DNA from: Candidatus Aenigmatarchaeota archaeon
Lineage (GTDB): Archaea > Aenigmatarchaeota > Aenigmatarchaeia > GW2011-AR5
Assembly (NCBI GenBank): GCA_016187335.1
Contig: JACPJW010000002.1
Location: forward strand, 1 to 64,000
Direction of reading: 5' to 3'
DNA length: 64,000 nucleotides
Notes under the pieces: generated by a model
Told to the model about the DNA's origin: nothing
The model's database searches: none
The model's input: only the letters and a program-made list of their open reading frames with translations
Shown: piece by piece, positions 53,936 to 63,953 of the stretch
Layout of the letters: the number at the start of each line of letters is the position of its first letter
Numbering within the stretch: the first letter of the stretch is position 1
Position numbers and translations under genes: made by a program

Positions 53936-53952
53936 TCCCTTTTTATCCCGCC

Positions 53953-54462
53953 ATGACAATGTTTTACATGGGGCTTGTCCGGCTAAGCGATTACCAAGAG
54001 TGGATTTCTCCGCTTCATGAAGCTGAAACCCTTCTTTATTTTGCTTTGCATAAAACCGAAATAGAGCAGACTGCAAACGCCATACTGGCTGAATACCAGA
54101 CGAACGGCTTCCACGCCGAAGCTATTCCATGCAGGCGCGTCGGTGTGAAAGGCGACGCGCAATCCTATGAATTCGCCATTTCTGTCAACGGTTTAAAGCC
54201 TGACGGTTCCGAGATTGCGAAGATTGCGGCAGGTATATGCAGGACAAAGAGAATGTCCATAAGGGAAAGGTGGGCCGCAATGAGAATGCCCTACTCTACG
54301 GTTGCTGATGAAATAGCAAGCAGGCTCACGAGCGAGGTAAGGAACGTGAACACAATTCTCTGGGAAGTGAAGCCGAACAGCAGAAAGAGTTTGCGCCAAA
54401 GGATATATAGCGCTGCCGCACAGTTTTATCATGCAGTCCGCTATACAGCATTTCCTCTTTGA
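53953..54462 (+). CDS. Stand-alone GMP synthase C-terminal-domain-like protein
   Basis: RRVGVKGDAQSYEF...WAAMRMPYSTVADEIASRLTSEVRNVNTILWEV resembles GuaA C-terminal motifs. Confidence 0.65.
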   Translation: MTMFYMGLVRLSDYQEWISPLHEAETLLYFALHKTEIEQTANAILAEYQTNGFHAEAIPCRRVGVKGDAQSYEFAISVNGLKPDGSEIAKIAAGICRTKRMSIRERWAAMRMPYSTVADEIASRLTSEVRNVNTILWEVKPNSRKSLRQRIYSAAAQFYHAVRYTAFPL

Positions 54463-55303
54463 CCTGAAGAAGGAAATAAAAAAATCAGCTGTGCGCAAGG
54501 ACATTGTTTCCGTCATCCTCATCGGCAGTGCAGCGCGCGGCGACTGGGTGCGCGGCAAGAGCGACGTGGATTTTTTGGTTGTTGCAAAGTCAGGCAAAGA
54601 AAAAAGAAAGGTCTCGTCTTTTTTCCGGAAGGCTTTGGACAAGCTCAACAAAAAGCATGACCTTCGTCTGGAGGATTCATGCACGGACGAGAAGAAATTC
54701 CACAATGCAATATTGAATGCTGTTTTGAAATTGGAATCAGGTTTTCTCTTCGGCGTTCCGTTTTACGTGATATCGCAGGAAGATTTTGATTTGGTGAAGA
54801 AAAAAATCAGCGACAGGAAGATATGGTTCATGATGACCTTTGTCGCTTCATTGTCATCGTTCCTGAAAAACATCAAAGAGACGGGAAAGGTTGTTTACGG
54901 CGCTGATTTGGTCAGGGAAATAAAAGAATCGCGCCTTTCGTTTTTTGACCATGTCAAGATATTCCTTGTTCCTTATTACATACTTGCCTTGGGCTTTCTT
55001 TCCCTTCACGACGGCAAGACAGCAATGAACCACGCTATAAAGGCGTGCCTGCTGGAAGCCGACGATGAATTGCTGTTATTGGAAAGGCACCTGGGCAGCT
55101 ACGATAAGGATGAGCATGCTTACGAAAGAATTTTCTCGCGCCTGCCGTACAACATTGAGCATCTGAAGAAATGCGTGGAGTACAGGAAGAATTTTGCAGG
55201 CATTAACCCGAAATTTTTCGGGACTTTATCATTCCTTTTCCATTCCTTTTTCTTCATTTTAACAAGCCATTTATTTTACCTGCTTAACCTTGTGAAGCGA
55301 TGA
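54431..55303 (+). CDS. Minimal nucleotidyltransferase-domain protein with helical C-terminal domain
   Basis: LIGSAARGDWVRGKSDVDFLVV; the C-terminal half may be HEPN-like (inference). Confidence 0.8.
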   Translation: MQSAIQHFLFDLKKEIKKSAVRKDIVSVILIGSAARGDWVRGKSDVDFLVVAKSGKEKRKVSSFFRKALDKLNKKHDLRLEDSCTDEKKFHNAILNAVLKLESGFLFGVPFYVISQEDFDLVKKKISDRKIWFMMTFVASLSSFLKNIKETGKVVYGADLVREIKESRLSFFDHVKIFLVPYYILALGFLSLHDGKTAMNHAIKACLLEADDELLLLERHLGSYDKDEHAYERIFSRLPYNIEHLKKCVEYRKNFAGINPKFFGTLSFLFHSFFFILTSHLFYLLNLVKR

Positions 55304-55356
55304 GAAAAGTTTATTATCTGCAATAGACAAATTAAATTGCGGTGATAGTGTTTAAA

Positions 55357-55623
55357 ATGAAAATCCCCGTGTCTGCCGAAGGAACCGAATTTGACGTTAA
55401 AGTCAGGCAAACTCATGGGCTGAGCGAGAGGGAATCCCGGGAATTGCTAAGGAATGCTTACGTAAGGGATATAGTTGAAGGATACTCACTCCGGGATCTT
55501 GTTTCCATATGCGATTACATCGACCGGTTCATGGAACATCCTAATCACATGTACCTTAGAACCAAAATTTTTGGCAGGATAAATGAAATAAGGCTCGAAC
55601 TAGGCCTTGTTTCCCTGCATTAG
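55357..55623 (+). CDS. Hypothetical protein
   Basis: About 88 aa; its stop overlaps the convergent gene. Confidence 0.55.
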   Translation: MKIPVSAEGTEFDVKVRQTHGLSERESRELLRNAYVRDIVEGYSLRDLVSICDYIDRFMEHPNHMYLRTKIFGRINEIRLELGLVSLH

Positions 55624-56024
55624 CACACGTCGCACTGCGCGTCAGGGCAGTCCGCTTTGACGCGCGCGCAGCATGATTCCTTGTTCGCGCGGCTGAATTC
55701 GTTGCCGCGGCACGCGTTGCAAAGGCCGGAACACAGGATGTCCTTCGTCTCGACGCAGCATTGCTGGTAAAGGCACGAATAGTCGCCGGCAGTGTCGCCG
55801 AAAAGCACCCTGCACGAGTCCATGAACCCTGTGAAATCGCTCCGCTGCCGCACGGACCAGTCGCACTTTTCTTTCTTGTAATCATCGCACGTGGAATAGA
55901 ATATCCTGTTCGCTTCCGTCCTGCTCAGCTGTTCGCCGGACTGCTGGGAAAAGAAAATGTAGAAGGTGGTGAGCAGGAACGCGACGAGCGCAACGGATAT
56001 TATAACCTTGAACGGAAGCTCCAT
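55620..56024 (-). CDS. Membrane-anchored cysteine-rich protein
   Basis: N-terminal TM (pilin-like MELPFKVII) and 14 Cys. Confidence 0.8.
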   Translation of the reverse strand: MELPFKVIISVALVAFLLTTFYIFFSQQSGEQLSRTEANRIFYSTCDDYKKEKCDWSVRQRSDFTGFMDSCRVLFGDTAGDYSCLYQQCCVETKDILCSGLCNACRGNEFSRANKESCCARVKADCPDAQCDVC

Positions 56025-56088
56025 ATGTTATCTATGCAAGGAAGCGGGATAAATAATTATCAAGGCTGAAGCAGCAGTTCTGTTTTTT

Positions 56089-56388
56089 CTAAGCTCCAAG
56101 AAAATATAGTTCCACTAAATGAACTTCATAATGTGCGCTCAGAGGTGTGCCATCATCTAAGTGATGGTCATCCGTAATACGATGGGTACATCCAAGATCG
56201 CAATAAGCGTTAGGGGTTGGATTCGTTCCTCGAACAGCCTTATCAAAATCTCCAGAATACCAAGGGAGCCAGCCGGTCTGCATCTTGCATTCTATTGTTC
56301 TTAATGGCGGTGACCTTCTGAACCTAATTCCATCCGAATCTATCAGAAAATTTCCATCATCTGACAACGTCAGTTGTTTTATCCTCAT
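56089..56388 (-). CDS. Hypothetical protein (99 aa)
   Basis: GAGGAG SD, then MRIKQLTLSDDG; more AT-rich insert in the surface-protein cluster. Confidence 0.6.
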   Translation of the reverse strand: MRIKQLTLSDDGNFLIDSDGIRFRRSPPLRTIECKMQTGWLPWYSGDFDKAVRGTNPTPNAYCDLGCTHRITDDHHLDDGTPLSAHYEVHLVELYFLGA

Positions 56389-56402
56389 TATAGTCTCCTC
56401 CT

Positions 56403-59400
56403 TTACCCAAAGCGATAATTCCACCAGACCTTGAGCGCTGATATGCGTTCTTTCAGGTTTTCGCGGAAATGGTACGCAAGGCCCGCTGCAAGGATGAGGA
56501 ACGCTATCAGGATTACGTTGAAAATCATCGAGCTGTCCGTGTTTTCCGTGACCTGCTGATCGTCGTCCAGCGTCCTCAGCTGCGCGGGCTGGTCGACCCT
56601 GAACGCCCTTCCGGATGAAATGGAAATGCCGTCGCGCACATCCTTGGCAACAACGTAGTATGACTGCTCGCCCGACCTTTCCGCATTGTAAACGCACGTC
56701 CCTGATATGCCTTCGAATGTCAGCGAGCACAATACGCTGCTGCACGTCTCGTCGCCGCATACAGCAGCGGATGCAATAGCATCGCCCTCGGGGTCGATTA
56801 TGTCGGCATAGAATGCTATCTGCTCCCCGATTTTCGCGAGCGGCGGGTCGTGCGCGATGTTCGCCATGTAAGGCGGCGCGTTTGTCAGGGCGCTTATAAT
56901 CGTCACGTACTCAGCAGTCCTTTTTCCGTCGCCCGCGCTTTGTATTTCCACGGTGTTCTTCTGCTCGTCCCCTTCCGCTTTCGTTCCTGGAACAACCCTC
57001 ACCCTTATTTCTTTCTGGGCGCCTGGCTCGAGCCCGGTCTGGTAGCTTTCCTGGCCGTCAATGAATATCTTCGTTCCGTTCGGGTTGAAGGCATAGCTGT
57101 CCGTCTCGGGGCCCTCGTTCCTGAGGATGCTTATGTAGTCAACAGACGCGCCCCCTTTTGAGGTGCCCAGGCTCTTCAGGGGGTCGAAAACAAAGCTGTG
57201 CTTTCCCGAGCAGTCCTTTACCCAGTCGCAGGCATCTCCGCATTTCATCACGCATCCTTCCTCGTCCGAAGGCCTTTCATCGCCCTCGTCGCACGTTGCG
57301 CCGCATTTGTCGGCGACGCATTTGTAGGCAAAATCGCTTTGTACGCACGAGCATGCGCTGCAGATGCCTGTTTCGCTCCTCTCGCCGTATTTCTTCGTCG
57401 CATCGTCGCATATGAACGGTGTCTGGCTGCATGCGTTTTCATTTGCCTCGCACTCTTCTCTTTCACCCTTCACACCGTCGCCGCATCCCTCTATCCTTGC
57501 CGTGGCTGTTTTGCTCTTGGGCTCGGCAGGAACGCAGTCGGCTGTAGGAAAAACATAGCCGCTGACGGATACCTGGCCCGCGGCTGAAGGGCATTCGAAT
57601 GCTGTTGTTTCGGCAGACTGCCTTATTTTCCTGCACTCGGCTGTTCCTAGCCTGCAGCCGACGCATTGCGCCGTCCGGCTTGTCCTGACACTGCATACGA
57701 TTCCCGAAGCTCCTTTCGCGGCCGCCACGTCCTGGACGAATATTTCCCTGCTGAATGCGTCAAAGCTGAGCAGCGCTGATTCATCATGGACCTCGCTGCT
57801 GCAGTCAGATTTCAGCGAGCCGATAACCCTGCACCTGAACTTCCAGTCGCCGCTTGCGTTTATGTCGTGGCTCAGTGAAGACGAGCTCAGGGTTCCCTGC
57901 GGTATGGAAGTGCACGAGCTTCGCTCGCGCTCTGGTCGGCCGCTGGGGCTGACAAAATCGCACTCAACGTATCCGTAATAGTTCACATTGCCGATGTTCT
58001 TCACGTCAACCCGCGCCGTGGCTTTCTTTCCGACCTCAACGTTTCCCGGCGGCTCAATCTTGTCTATGTGCAAAATCCCTAATGTTGTTTTGCAGTAGGT
58101 GCTGAAGGTATTCTCTATGAACAGCTGCGTCTGCAGCGCCCTCGCCCTTGCCAGCGTCGTGTTCTGCTTGCCCGGGAATTCTATGACGCCGTTAAGGAAG
58201 CTGGCAAAATCCGTTATGTTGTCCGCTATCAGCTCAAGCCCCTGGCTGCACGGCTGGTACTTTGCCTTTTCCGTCGTATTTGACGTTCTTCTGATTATTT
58301 CTTCCAGGGCCGAATGGGACTTTTCGTATTCCGTCCTCGCCTTCAGGAAGTCGTCCCTTATATCCAGTATTTCATTCAGGTTCACGAACGGGCATGCGTA
58401 ACTGTAATTGGCTGAAACAAGCGTCTTGCCGACGCTCTTTGCCGCCATGTAATAAACGCCTTTCGTGTCCACGCAGCGCGCGTCGCATTCAGTGCCCAGC
58501 GATGAGCCGCATACGCATGGTTTCCCGGCGCCGCAGTTATTGCTGACGAAAGCCGCCTCGCACTCCGCGGCTGTTGAACCGCGCCTGCAGACAATGAACC
58601 GGGTTGTCAATGAGTCAATATTAGCCTTGAAATTAACCCCCCAGTCCAGCTCGCTTTCACATCTGCCGCTGCATTTTATGTCCGTCAGCGGGCAGTCCAC
58701 GGCGCAGCTTCCTGATGCTCCTTCTTCGCCCACCTGGCATATGCCGTCGCCGCATAATGTTATTGTATAAGAAATGAATGACGATGTCGTCGTGTTTGAC
58801 AGCGTTGTCATCCTGACTTCTATCTGGTGTGCGCCCTCATCAGGCGTTGAGTTTGGCTGTATTTCCAGGGAAACCTGCTTGCTCTCGGAAGGTCGTGTCA
58901 CGACAGACCTGCTCGACAGCTTCGGCACCCAGCCGGAAGGCGCTTTCACATCCAGGATATAAGCCGAGGAAGGAAAAGTGCTCGGGTTGTTATCCGTTAC
59001 CGTTATCGTGAAAAATCCCCGCTGGTCAGGCGTTCCCTTGAACGACTGCGGCGTTACCGAAAGCGTCGGCGCATTGGAAGGCGTTATAATATAGATTACT
59101 GAGGCGACGCTGGCGATTTTCAGCTTGGTGTTCACGGCGGCGACCTTTATTTCATACCTGCCCGCGGCGGTTCCCTGCGGCGGCGCCACGGCAAGAGGTA
59201 TTGACTGCGAAGCCCCTGCCTTGAGCTGCACCTGGCTCACTGTCTCCGCGCTCCATCCTGTCGGCGCGGAAACGGCGAACTGCAGCAGGATGTCAACGGG
59301 CAGGGGATTTTTTACAAAAACCTCGAAGGCGGCGGGCTGCGCGTTTGGGAACTGCGCCTCGGGCGGGTTTACCTCAACCTGTATTGAAGACACGTCGAAC

Positions 59401-59861
59401 GTGACCAGGCTCAGTATGTTTTTCTGTCTGCCTGAAGCAGCGGCGCCGCACTGGCTCAGCGCATTGCAGCCGACGCACCGCGCGCCTAATGCCGCATCCT
59501 GGCAGGTGTTGCTGCACGAAGAAGACGAGCCGTCCCTGCAGATAGCGGATGTAACGCCGCACGAGCTGCAGGAAACTATGCTGGTTTCTGTGTTCCCGCT
59601 GAAATCAACGCACGTCTGCGTCTCGCATATCTCGCCACCCCTGCACGAAGTTCCTGAAAAGCAGAACTTTGCCGTCTGCTCCTGTGCAGCAGACGGGGAG
59701 GCAAATAATGAAAAGAAAACTGCAGCAATTATGATAACAATTAATCCAGTAAAGCGGAAGGATTTAGAAAAGCCGGAGGCATGAGTTCGTTTATTTATTT
59801 CAAAATCAAGCTTTCCCTTCCGTTCTGGCAAACTTTCAAAAATTTCTGGCTTCTTTTCCAC
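56403..59861 (-). CDS. Large Ig-like/Cys-rich surface protein with C-terminal TM anchor
   Basis: N-terminal TM; NEW3-like Ig repeats (APTGWS..V.L.AG.S..V.L.V.PP); CGDG.C motifs; C-terminal TM followed by basic residues. Confidence 0.9.
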   Translation of the reverse strand: MEKKPEIFESLPERKGKLDFEINKRTHASGFSKSFRFTGLIVIIIAAVFFSLFASPSAAQEQTAKFCFSGTSCRGGEICETQTCVDFSGNTETSIVSCSSCGVTSAICRDGSSSSCSNTCQDAALGARCVGCNALSQCGAAASGRQKNILSLVTFDVSSIQVEVNPPEAQFPNAQPAAFEVFVKNPLPVDILLQFAVSAPTGWSAETVSQVQLKAGASQSIPLAVAPPQGTAAGRYEIKVAAVNTKLKIASVASVIYIITPSNAPTLSVTPQSFKGTPDQRGFFTITVTDNNPSTFPSSAYILDVKAPSGWVPKLSSRSVVTRPSESKQVSLEIQPNSTPDEGAHQIEVRMTTLSNTTTSSFISYTITLCGDGICQVGEEGASGSCAVDCPLTDIKCSGRCESELDWGVNFKANIDSLTTRFIVCRRGSTAAECEAAFVSNNCGAGKPCVCGSSLGTECDARCVDTKGVYYMAAKSVGKTLVSANYSYACPFVNLNEILDIRDDFLKARTEYEKSHSALEEIIRRTSNTTEKAKYQPCSQGLELIADNITDFASFLNGVIEFPGKQNTTLARARALQTQLFIENTFSTYCKTTLGILHIDKIEPPGNVEVGKKATARVDVKNIGNVNYYGYVECDFVSPSGRPERERSSCTSIPQGTLSSSSLSHDINASGDWKFRCRVIGSLKSDCSSEVHDESALLSFDAFSREIFVQDVAAAKGASGIVCSVRTSRTAQCVGCRLGTAECRKIRQSAETTAFECPSAAGQVSVSGYVFPTADCVPAEPKSKTATARIEGCGDGVKGEREECEANENACSQTPFICDDATKKYGERSETGICSACSCVQSDFAYKCVADKCGATCDEGDERPSDEEGCVMKCGDACDWVKDCSGKHSFVFDPLKSLGTSKGGASVDYISILRNEGPETDSYAFNPNGTKIFIDGQESYQTGLEPGAQKEIRVRVVPGTKAEGDEQKNTVEIQSAGDGKRTAEYVTIISALTNAPPYMANIAHDPPLAKIGEQIAFYADIIDPEGDAIASAAVCGDETCSSVLCSLTFEGISGTCVYNAERSGEQSYYVVAKDVRDGISISSGRAFRVDQPAQLRTLDDDQQVTENTDSSMIFNVILIAFLILAAGLAYHFRENLKERISALKVWWNYRFG

Positions 59862-59866
59862 CTTGA

Positions 59867-61507
59867 TTACCTCGTTGACGTCACGTTGACTATGTCAGTC
59901 GCGACCTTGGGGTCCTCCGTTGAGACGACAATGCTGTAAGACCCGGCAGGGCTCGGCGCGGGGAAGCTGAATGAATAGAAGCCTGTCGCATCCGTTGCCG
60001 TCGTGTCGCTGCGCACGATTTTGTTTGAAGCATCCCTGACCTCTATTGTCACATCCTTGCTTTCAAAGCCGCCGCAGTTCGTTAGCCTGCATCTGTAGTG
60101 GCTGACATTCTGCTCGACAGCGTATCCGCGGCACAAAGGCGTCGCTGCTATCGCCGTGGTCCCTTCGTTCCTGCCGCATATGCTGTTGCACCCGTCGGGA
60201 ACGTAAACCTGCTGGCTGCGCTGCATGAGTTGTATCGCAACCTGCCCTATGTTCTTGCCGAACACGGATTCTAGTTTTGCCAGAACAGATGTTGTTGTAG
60301 CTGCAGCTTTACCTGCCTGTGTTGTTCCTTCCAATCCTTTCTTTACAGATTGGAAAGCGCCGAAAACAGAAACAGCCAGCAGGACAAGGCCGATAATCTG
60401 GAACCAGTTCCAGCTGCACGATGCGCCCTGCTGCATGATTACCTTGTCGCCTGTGTTGCAGGAATTGTAGACAACGCATGTCCTGAGAAAGCCCTGCTCA
60501 ACGCGGCAGTTTTTCTGGTACTGGAACCTGCATGTGTAGGAAACCCCGTTGCAGGCATCCGAGAACTTCGCGACTTCGCCGCTCACTGTCACGGACGCCC
60601 CGACAGGAACAGCTGCAGCGGATATTGTCGCGTTGATGCTCACCTTTGTCGGCAGGGAGCAGTCAACATCGTTGGCGGCAAATGTTTTCGGGTTTTTTAT
60701 CTGCTCGGGATCGTCAACAAGACCCGCTGTTCCTGGTATTGATGTCGTCCCGACGCTGTAAGTCCTTGATTGCGTTATTGTGTTTATAGCTGCCAGGGTT
60801 CCCTGGGGGTTTACGCCCACGCAATAGCATCGCTGCGCCTTGCCGTCAGGGGACAGCGGGCATTTCACGGTTGTCAGCGCCGTGGCAACAACCGTCCCGC
60901 CGGCGGTGCTTGGCGGCGTCTCGGCGCACCCTCCGCCCGTTGCGACGGTATTGCTGCCGATGTTCCTGCCGTTGCACTGCCTGGCGCATTCGTCAGAAGA
61001 AATTTCCTCGACGGTGTAGGATGTGCTGCTGATTTTCTTTACATCCCACCGGCTCTTGTCGTATTTTGCAGCCAGGCTCGCAAGCTCGCTTGCACACGCG
61101 CTTTCCGAAATGAAATGGTCGTCAGAAAATGTCGCAGGAACGTCGGCTTCTGAGATTATTCTTCGCGTCCCGGAACCGCAGTTGTATTGCTTGCAGTAAA
61201 TTTCCGCTTTCTGCCTGTCAGCGAACGCGTCGTTTATGCACAAATAATAGTTCGCGCAACTGCTGTCCTCGTAAATGCCGCCGCCGCAGGTAAAACCTTC
61301 GGCTGGTTCCTCACCTGCCGGAATGCATTGGTATTTGTTCCTGTCTTTCGGGTCAGAGCAATACTTGTGCCTCTCGGTGCTTGCCCATGCCAGCCCTGCT
61401 GATTCAGAAGAAAATCCGTTCACTGACAAAGAAAAAATATGGCTGTACGGCACGGCAATCGTGGCTATGAGCCATATGACAGCCAAGGCTATTATTTTTC
61501 TGTTCAT
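59867..61507 (-). CDS. Secreted Cys-rich protein with an internal hydrophobic/amphipathic segment
   Basis: Signal peptide; many Cys; internal WNWFQIIGLVLLAVSVFGAF; C-terminal Ig-like domain. Confidence 0.88.
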   Translation of the reverse strand: MNRKIIALAVIWLIATIAVPYSHIFSLSVNGFSSESAGLAWASTERHKYCSDPKDRNKYQCIPAGEEPAEGFTCGGGIYEDSSCANYYLCINDAFADRQKAEIYCKQYNCGSGTRRIISEADVPATFSDDHFISESACASELASLAAKYDKSRWDVKKISSTSYTVEEISSDECARQCNGRNIGSNTVATGGGCAETPPSTAGGTVVATALTTVKCPLSPDGKAQRCYCVGVNPQGTLAAINTITQSRTYSVGTTSIPGTAGLVDDPEQIKNPKTFAANDVDCSLPTKVSINATISAAAVPVGASVTVSGEVAKFSDACNGVSYTCRFQYQKNCRVEQGFLRTCVVYNSCNTGDKVIMQQGASCSWNWFQIIGLVLLAVSVFGAFQSVKKGLEGTTQAGKAAATTTSVLAKLESVFGKNIGQVAIQLMQRSQQVYVPDGCNSICGRNEGTTAIAATPLCRGYAVEQNVSHYRCRLTNCGGFESKDVTIEVRDASNKIVRSDTTATDATGFYSFSFPAPSPAGSYSIVVSTEDPKVATDIVNVTSTR

Positions 61508-61609
61508 CCGTATCTAAGAGAAATATATTTTCCGCTCAATATAAAGGTTAACATCAATCAAGAAGTAAAGCAGGGATAAATTGGCAAAAACGAAACGCCA
61601 TAAAAGCAA

Positions 61610-61705
61610 TCATTCCCATTTTTTAACGCGTCCGTCCTTAATGTCCTCGAGCCCCTTGAATATCTTAATAAGAAGCTCGCTGTCAACTTCATATATTTTT
61701 GACAT
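61610..61705 (-). CDS. Small antitoxin-like peptide (31 aa) coupled to metG
   Basis: MSKIYEVDSELLIKIFKGLEDIKDGRVKKWE; TAATG overlap and GGTGA SD. Confidence 0.45.
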   Translation of the reverse strand: MSKIYEVDSELLIKIFKGLEDIKDGRVKKWE

Positions 61706-63633
61706 TATCTCACCTTCAGCCCGTCTTTTACTTTCTTCTCAGGCGTGAGCAGCGTCCCGTCGTCGCATGCCAGAAGCATTCCTTCACTGGTTTCGCCGCG
61801 CAGCTTCGCGGGCTCTAAGTTGGCTAAAATAACTACCTGCTTTCCCATTAACTGCTTTTTATCATAAATCCCTTTCAGGCCCGCGACCAATTGCCGCACC
61901 TCGCCGCCGATGTCCACTTTCAGCAGCAGCAGTTTGTCAGCATTAGGATGGTCCTTGACGTCCACAACCGTACCTGTCCTTATGTCAAGCCGCTGGAAAT
62001 CCTCGAGTTTCACGTATTTCCCTCCTGTCAAGGCGGAACCTCTTTCCGGTTTCTCTGCCTGAACTGGAACTTCCTTTTCTTTCTTCCTTAATTCTTCTTC
62101 GTCAATTTTTTTAAAGAGCATGACAGCGGAAATTTTTGTTCCCGTCTTCAGCGCAAAGGAATCAGCGTCTTTCCATCTGCCTGGCGTTGTTCCCAGTGCA
62201 CGCAATGCTTTCGCCGATGCATCGGGTATGTAAGGAGAAAGCAGCAGCGTTATTGTCCGCAGCGCATTGAGCGACGTGTAAATGCACGAAGCCGCGTCCT
62301 TCCTGTCAGCCGCCCAGGGCTTCTTTTTCTGGAAATACTTGTTCGTTTCCGAGGCAAGATTCAGAATATCTTTCAAAGCCAAGTCTATGCGATAATTTTC
62401 CATGTGTTCTTCGGCGCTCTTCTTGGTTTTCTTCATTAGCGAAGCAATATACCTTTCGTCATTGCCCATTTTTCCTTTGGGTATCTTTCCATCAAAGTTC
62501 TGCACAGCGAAATGCGTCGCGCGGTAAAACAGGTTGCCGTAGTTAGCAATTAACTCGTTGTTGACGCGGTCAACCAAAGCCTCCTCGGAGAAGTCGCCGT
62601 CCTCGCCGAAAGGAATCTCCCTTGCAAGGAAGAACCGCAGGTAATCCGAGGAATATTTCTTTTTGATGTGCACTGGATCAATGACAGTGCCGCGGCTCTT
62701 TGACATCTTCTCGCCGCCGACGTTCACGAAGCCGTGGACAAGCACGGTCTTGGGCAGGGAAATGCCGGCAGAAAGCAGGATGGAACCCCATATCACCGTG
62801 TGGTGCCAGACGATGTCCTTGCCTATGACATGAACAGCGGGCCAGTATTTCCTGTATGCTCTAGCAGGATAGCCTATGCTTGACAAATAATTCACGAGCG
62901 CGTCCATCCATACGTACATAACATGTTTGCTGTTGTCCGGCAATGGTATGCCCCATTTGAACGTCTTGCGCGAAATGCTCAGGTCGTGCAGCGGCTCTTC
63001 TAACCGGGAAAGGATTTCGTTCCTCCTGCTTTCCGGGATGATGAACGATTTGTTCTTTTTTATGTGAGCGATAAGAGCCTTTTGATACCTGCCCATCCTG
63101 AAGAAATAGCTTTCTTCTTCTACAATTTCCAGGGGCTTTTTATGCGTAGGGCATATGCCATCAGGCGCTTCGCTGTCCGTGTAGAACGTCTCGCACTCAA
63201 CGCAGTATTTCCCCGTGTATGTTCCTTTGTAGATATCCCCGCGCTTTTTCACGGCATTGTAAACAGCCAGCACCGCTTTCTCGTGCCGCTGCTCCGTTGT
63301 CCGGATGAAGTCGTCGTATGATATGTCCAGCGCCTTGCACAGCCCGCGGAAATGCTCCTGCATCTCGTCAACAAACTGCCCCGGGCTTTTCCCTGCCTCT
63401 TCCGCTTTCCTCTGCATCTTGATGCCGTGCTCGTCCGTGCCCGTGGAGAAATGAACATCGTAGCCCTGCAGACGCTTGAAGCGCGCGATGACGTCCGTAG
63501 ATATCTTCTCGTAAGCGTGACCCAGATGCGGCTTGCTTGAGGGATAATCAATTGCCGTGGAAATGAAGAATGTTTCTTTGAATTCAGACACCTCTCTAAT
63601 ATCATCCGAAGGTAAATTTAATAAATGTTGCAT
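61705..63633 (-). CDS. metG: Methionine-tRNA ligase with C-terminal tRNA-binding domain
   Basis: TAIDYPSSKPHLGHAYE, TGTDEHG, YVWMDAL, KMSKS, HPNADKLL; the true start may be GTG near 63591. Confidence 0.97.
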   Translation of the reverse strand: MQHLLNLPSDDIREVSEFKETFFISTAIDYPSSKPHLGHAYEKISTDVIARFKRLQGYDVHFSTGTDEHGIKMQRKAEEAGKSPGQFVDEMQEHFRGLCKALDISYDDFIRTTEQRHEKAVLAVYNAVKKRGDIYKGTYTGKYCVECETFYTDSEAPDGICPTHKKPLEIVEEESYFFRMGRYQKALIAHIKKNKSFIIPESRRNEILSRLEEPLHDLSISRKTFKWGIPLPDNSKHVMYVWMDALVNYLSSIGYPARAYRKYWPAVHVIGKDIVWHHTVIWGSILLSAGISLPKTVLVHGFVNVGGEKMSKSRGTVIDPVHIKKKYSSDYLRFFLAREIPFGEDGDFSEEALVDRVNNELIANYGNLFYRATHFAVQNFDGKIPKGKMGNDERYIASLMKKTKKSAEEHMENYRIDLALKDILNLASETNKYFQKKKPWAADRKDAASCIYTSLNALRTITLLLSPYIPDASAKALRALGTTPGRWKDADSFALKTGTKISAVMLFKKIDEEELRKKEKEVPVQAEKPERGSALTGGKYVKLEDFQRLDIRTGTVVDVKDHPNADKLLLLKVDIGGEVRQLVAGLKGIYDKKQLMGKQVVILANLEPAKLRGETSEGMLLACDDGTLLTPEKKVKDGLKVR

Positions 63634-63689
63634 TATACTGCTTTGATTTTTAGGACGATGAAAAGAAATGCATGGTCAACCTAACACAA

Positions 63690-63953
63690 CTACGAGCCCT
63701 TCATTATCTTTTCTTCTATCTCCTTTTTGAACTTCCAGTTGAGGTACCACTGATAATCGTGATGGGTAGGGAATTTGACTAGAAAGCCTTTCTTTCTTAG
63801 ATCGTCTGCGATTTCCAGCACGCGCTTCCTTAGATGAGGCGGAAACCCTTTCGGAAGATTCCTTTCAGAAGTATGCCTCGTGCCCCAACAGCCCATGGTA
63901 TAAAGCTTTTTCAGCAGGATCCGTTCAATCTCTTTATCGTCTTTAATTTCCAT
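63690..63953 (-). CDS. Small winged-helix-like hypothetical protein
   Basis: WGTRHTSERNLPKGFPPHLR...LRKKGFLVKFPT. Confidence 0.7.
   Translation of the reverse strand: MEIKDDKEIERILLKKLYTMGCWGTRHTSERNLPKGFPPHLRKRVLEIADDLRKKGFLVKFPTHHDYQWYLNWKFKKEIEEKIMKGS

Noticed and set aside
16232-56760. Long 5' extensions in track ORFs (16232-16507, 18008-18451, 18678-19133, 23055-25331, 28645-29298, 56089-56760)
   Set aside because: The extensions run through repeats, tRNAs or upstream genes; internal starts with SD sequences or coupling overlaps fit better
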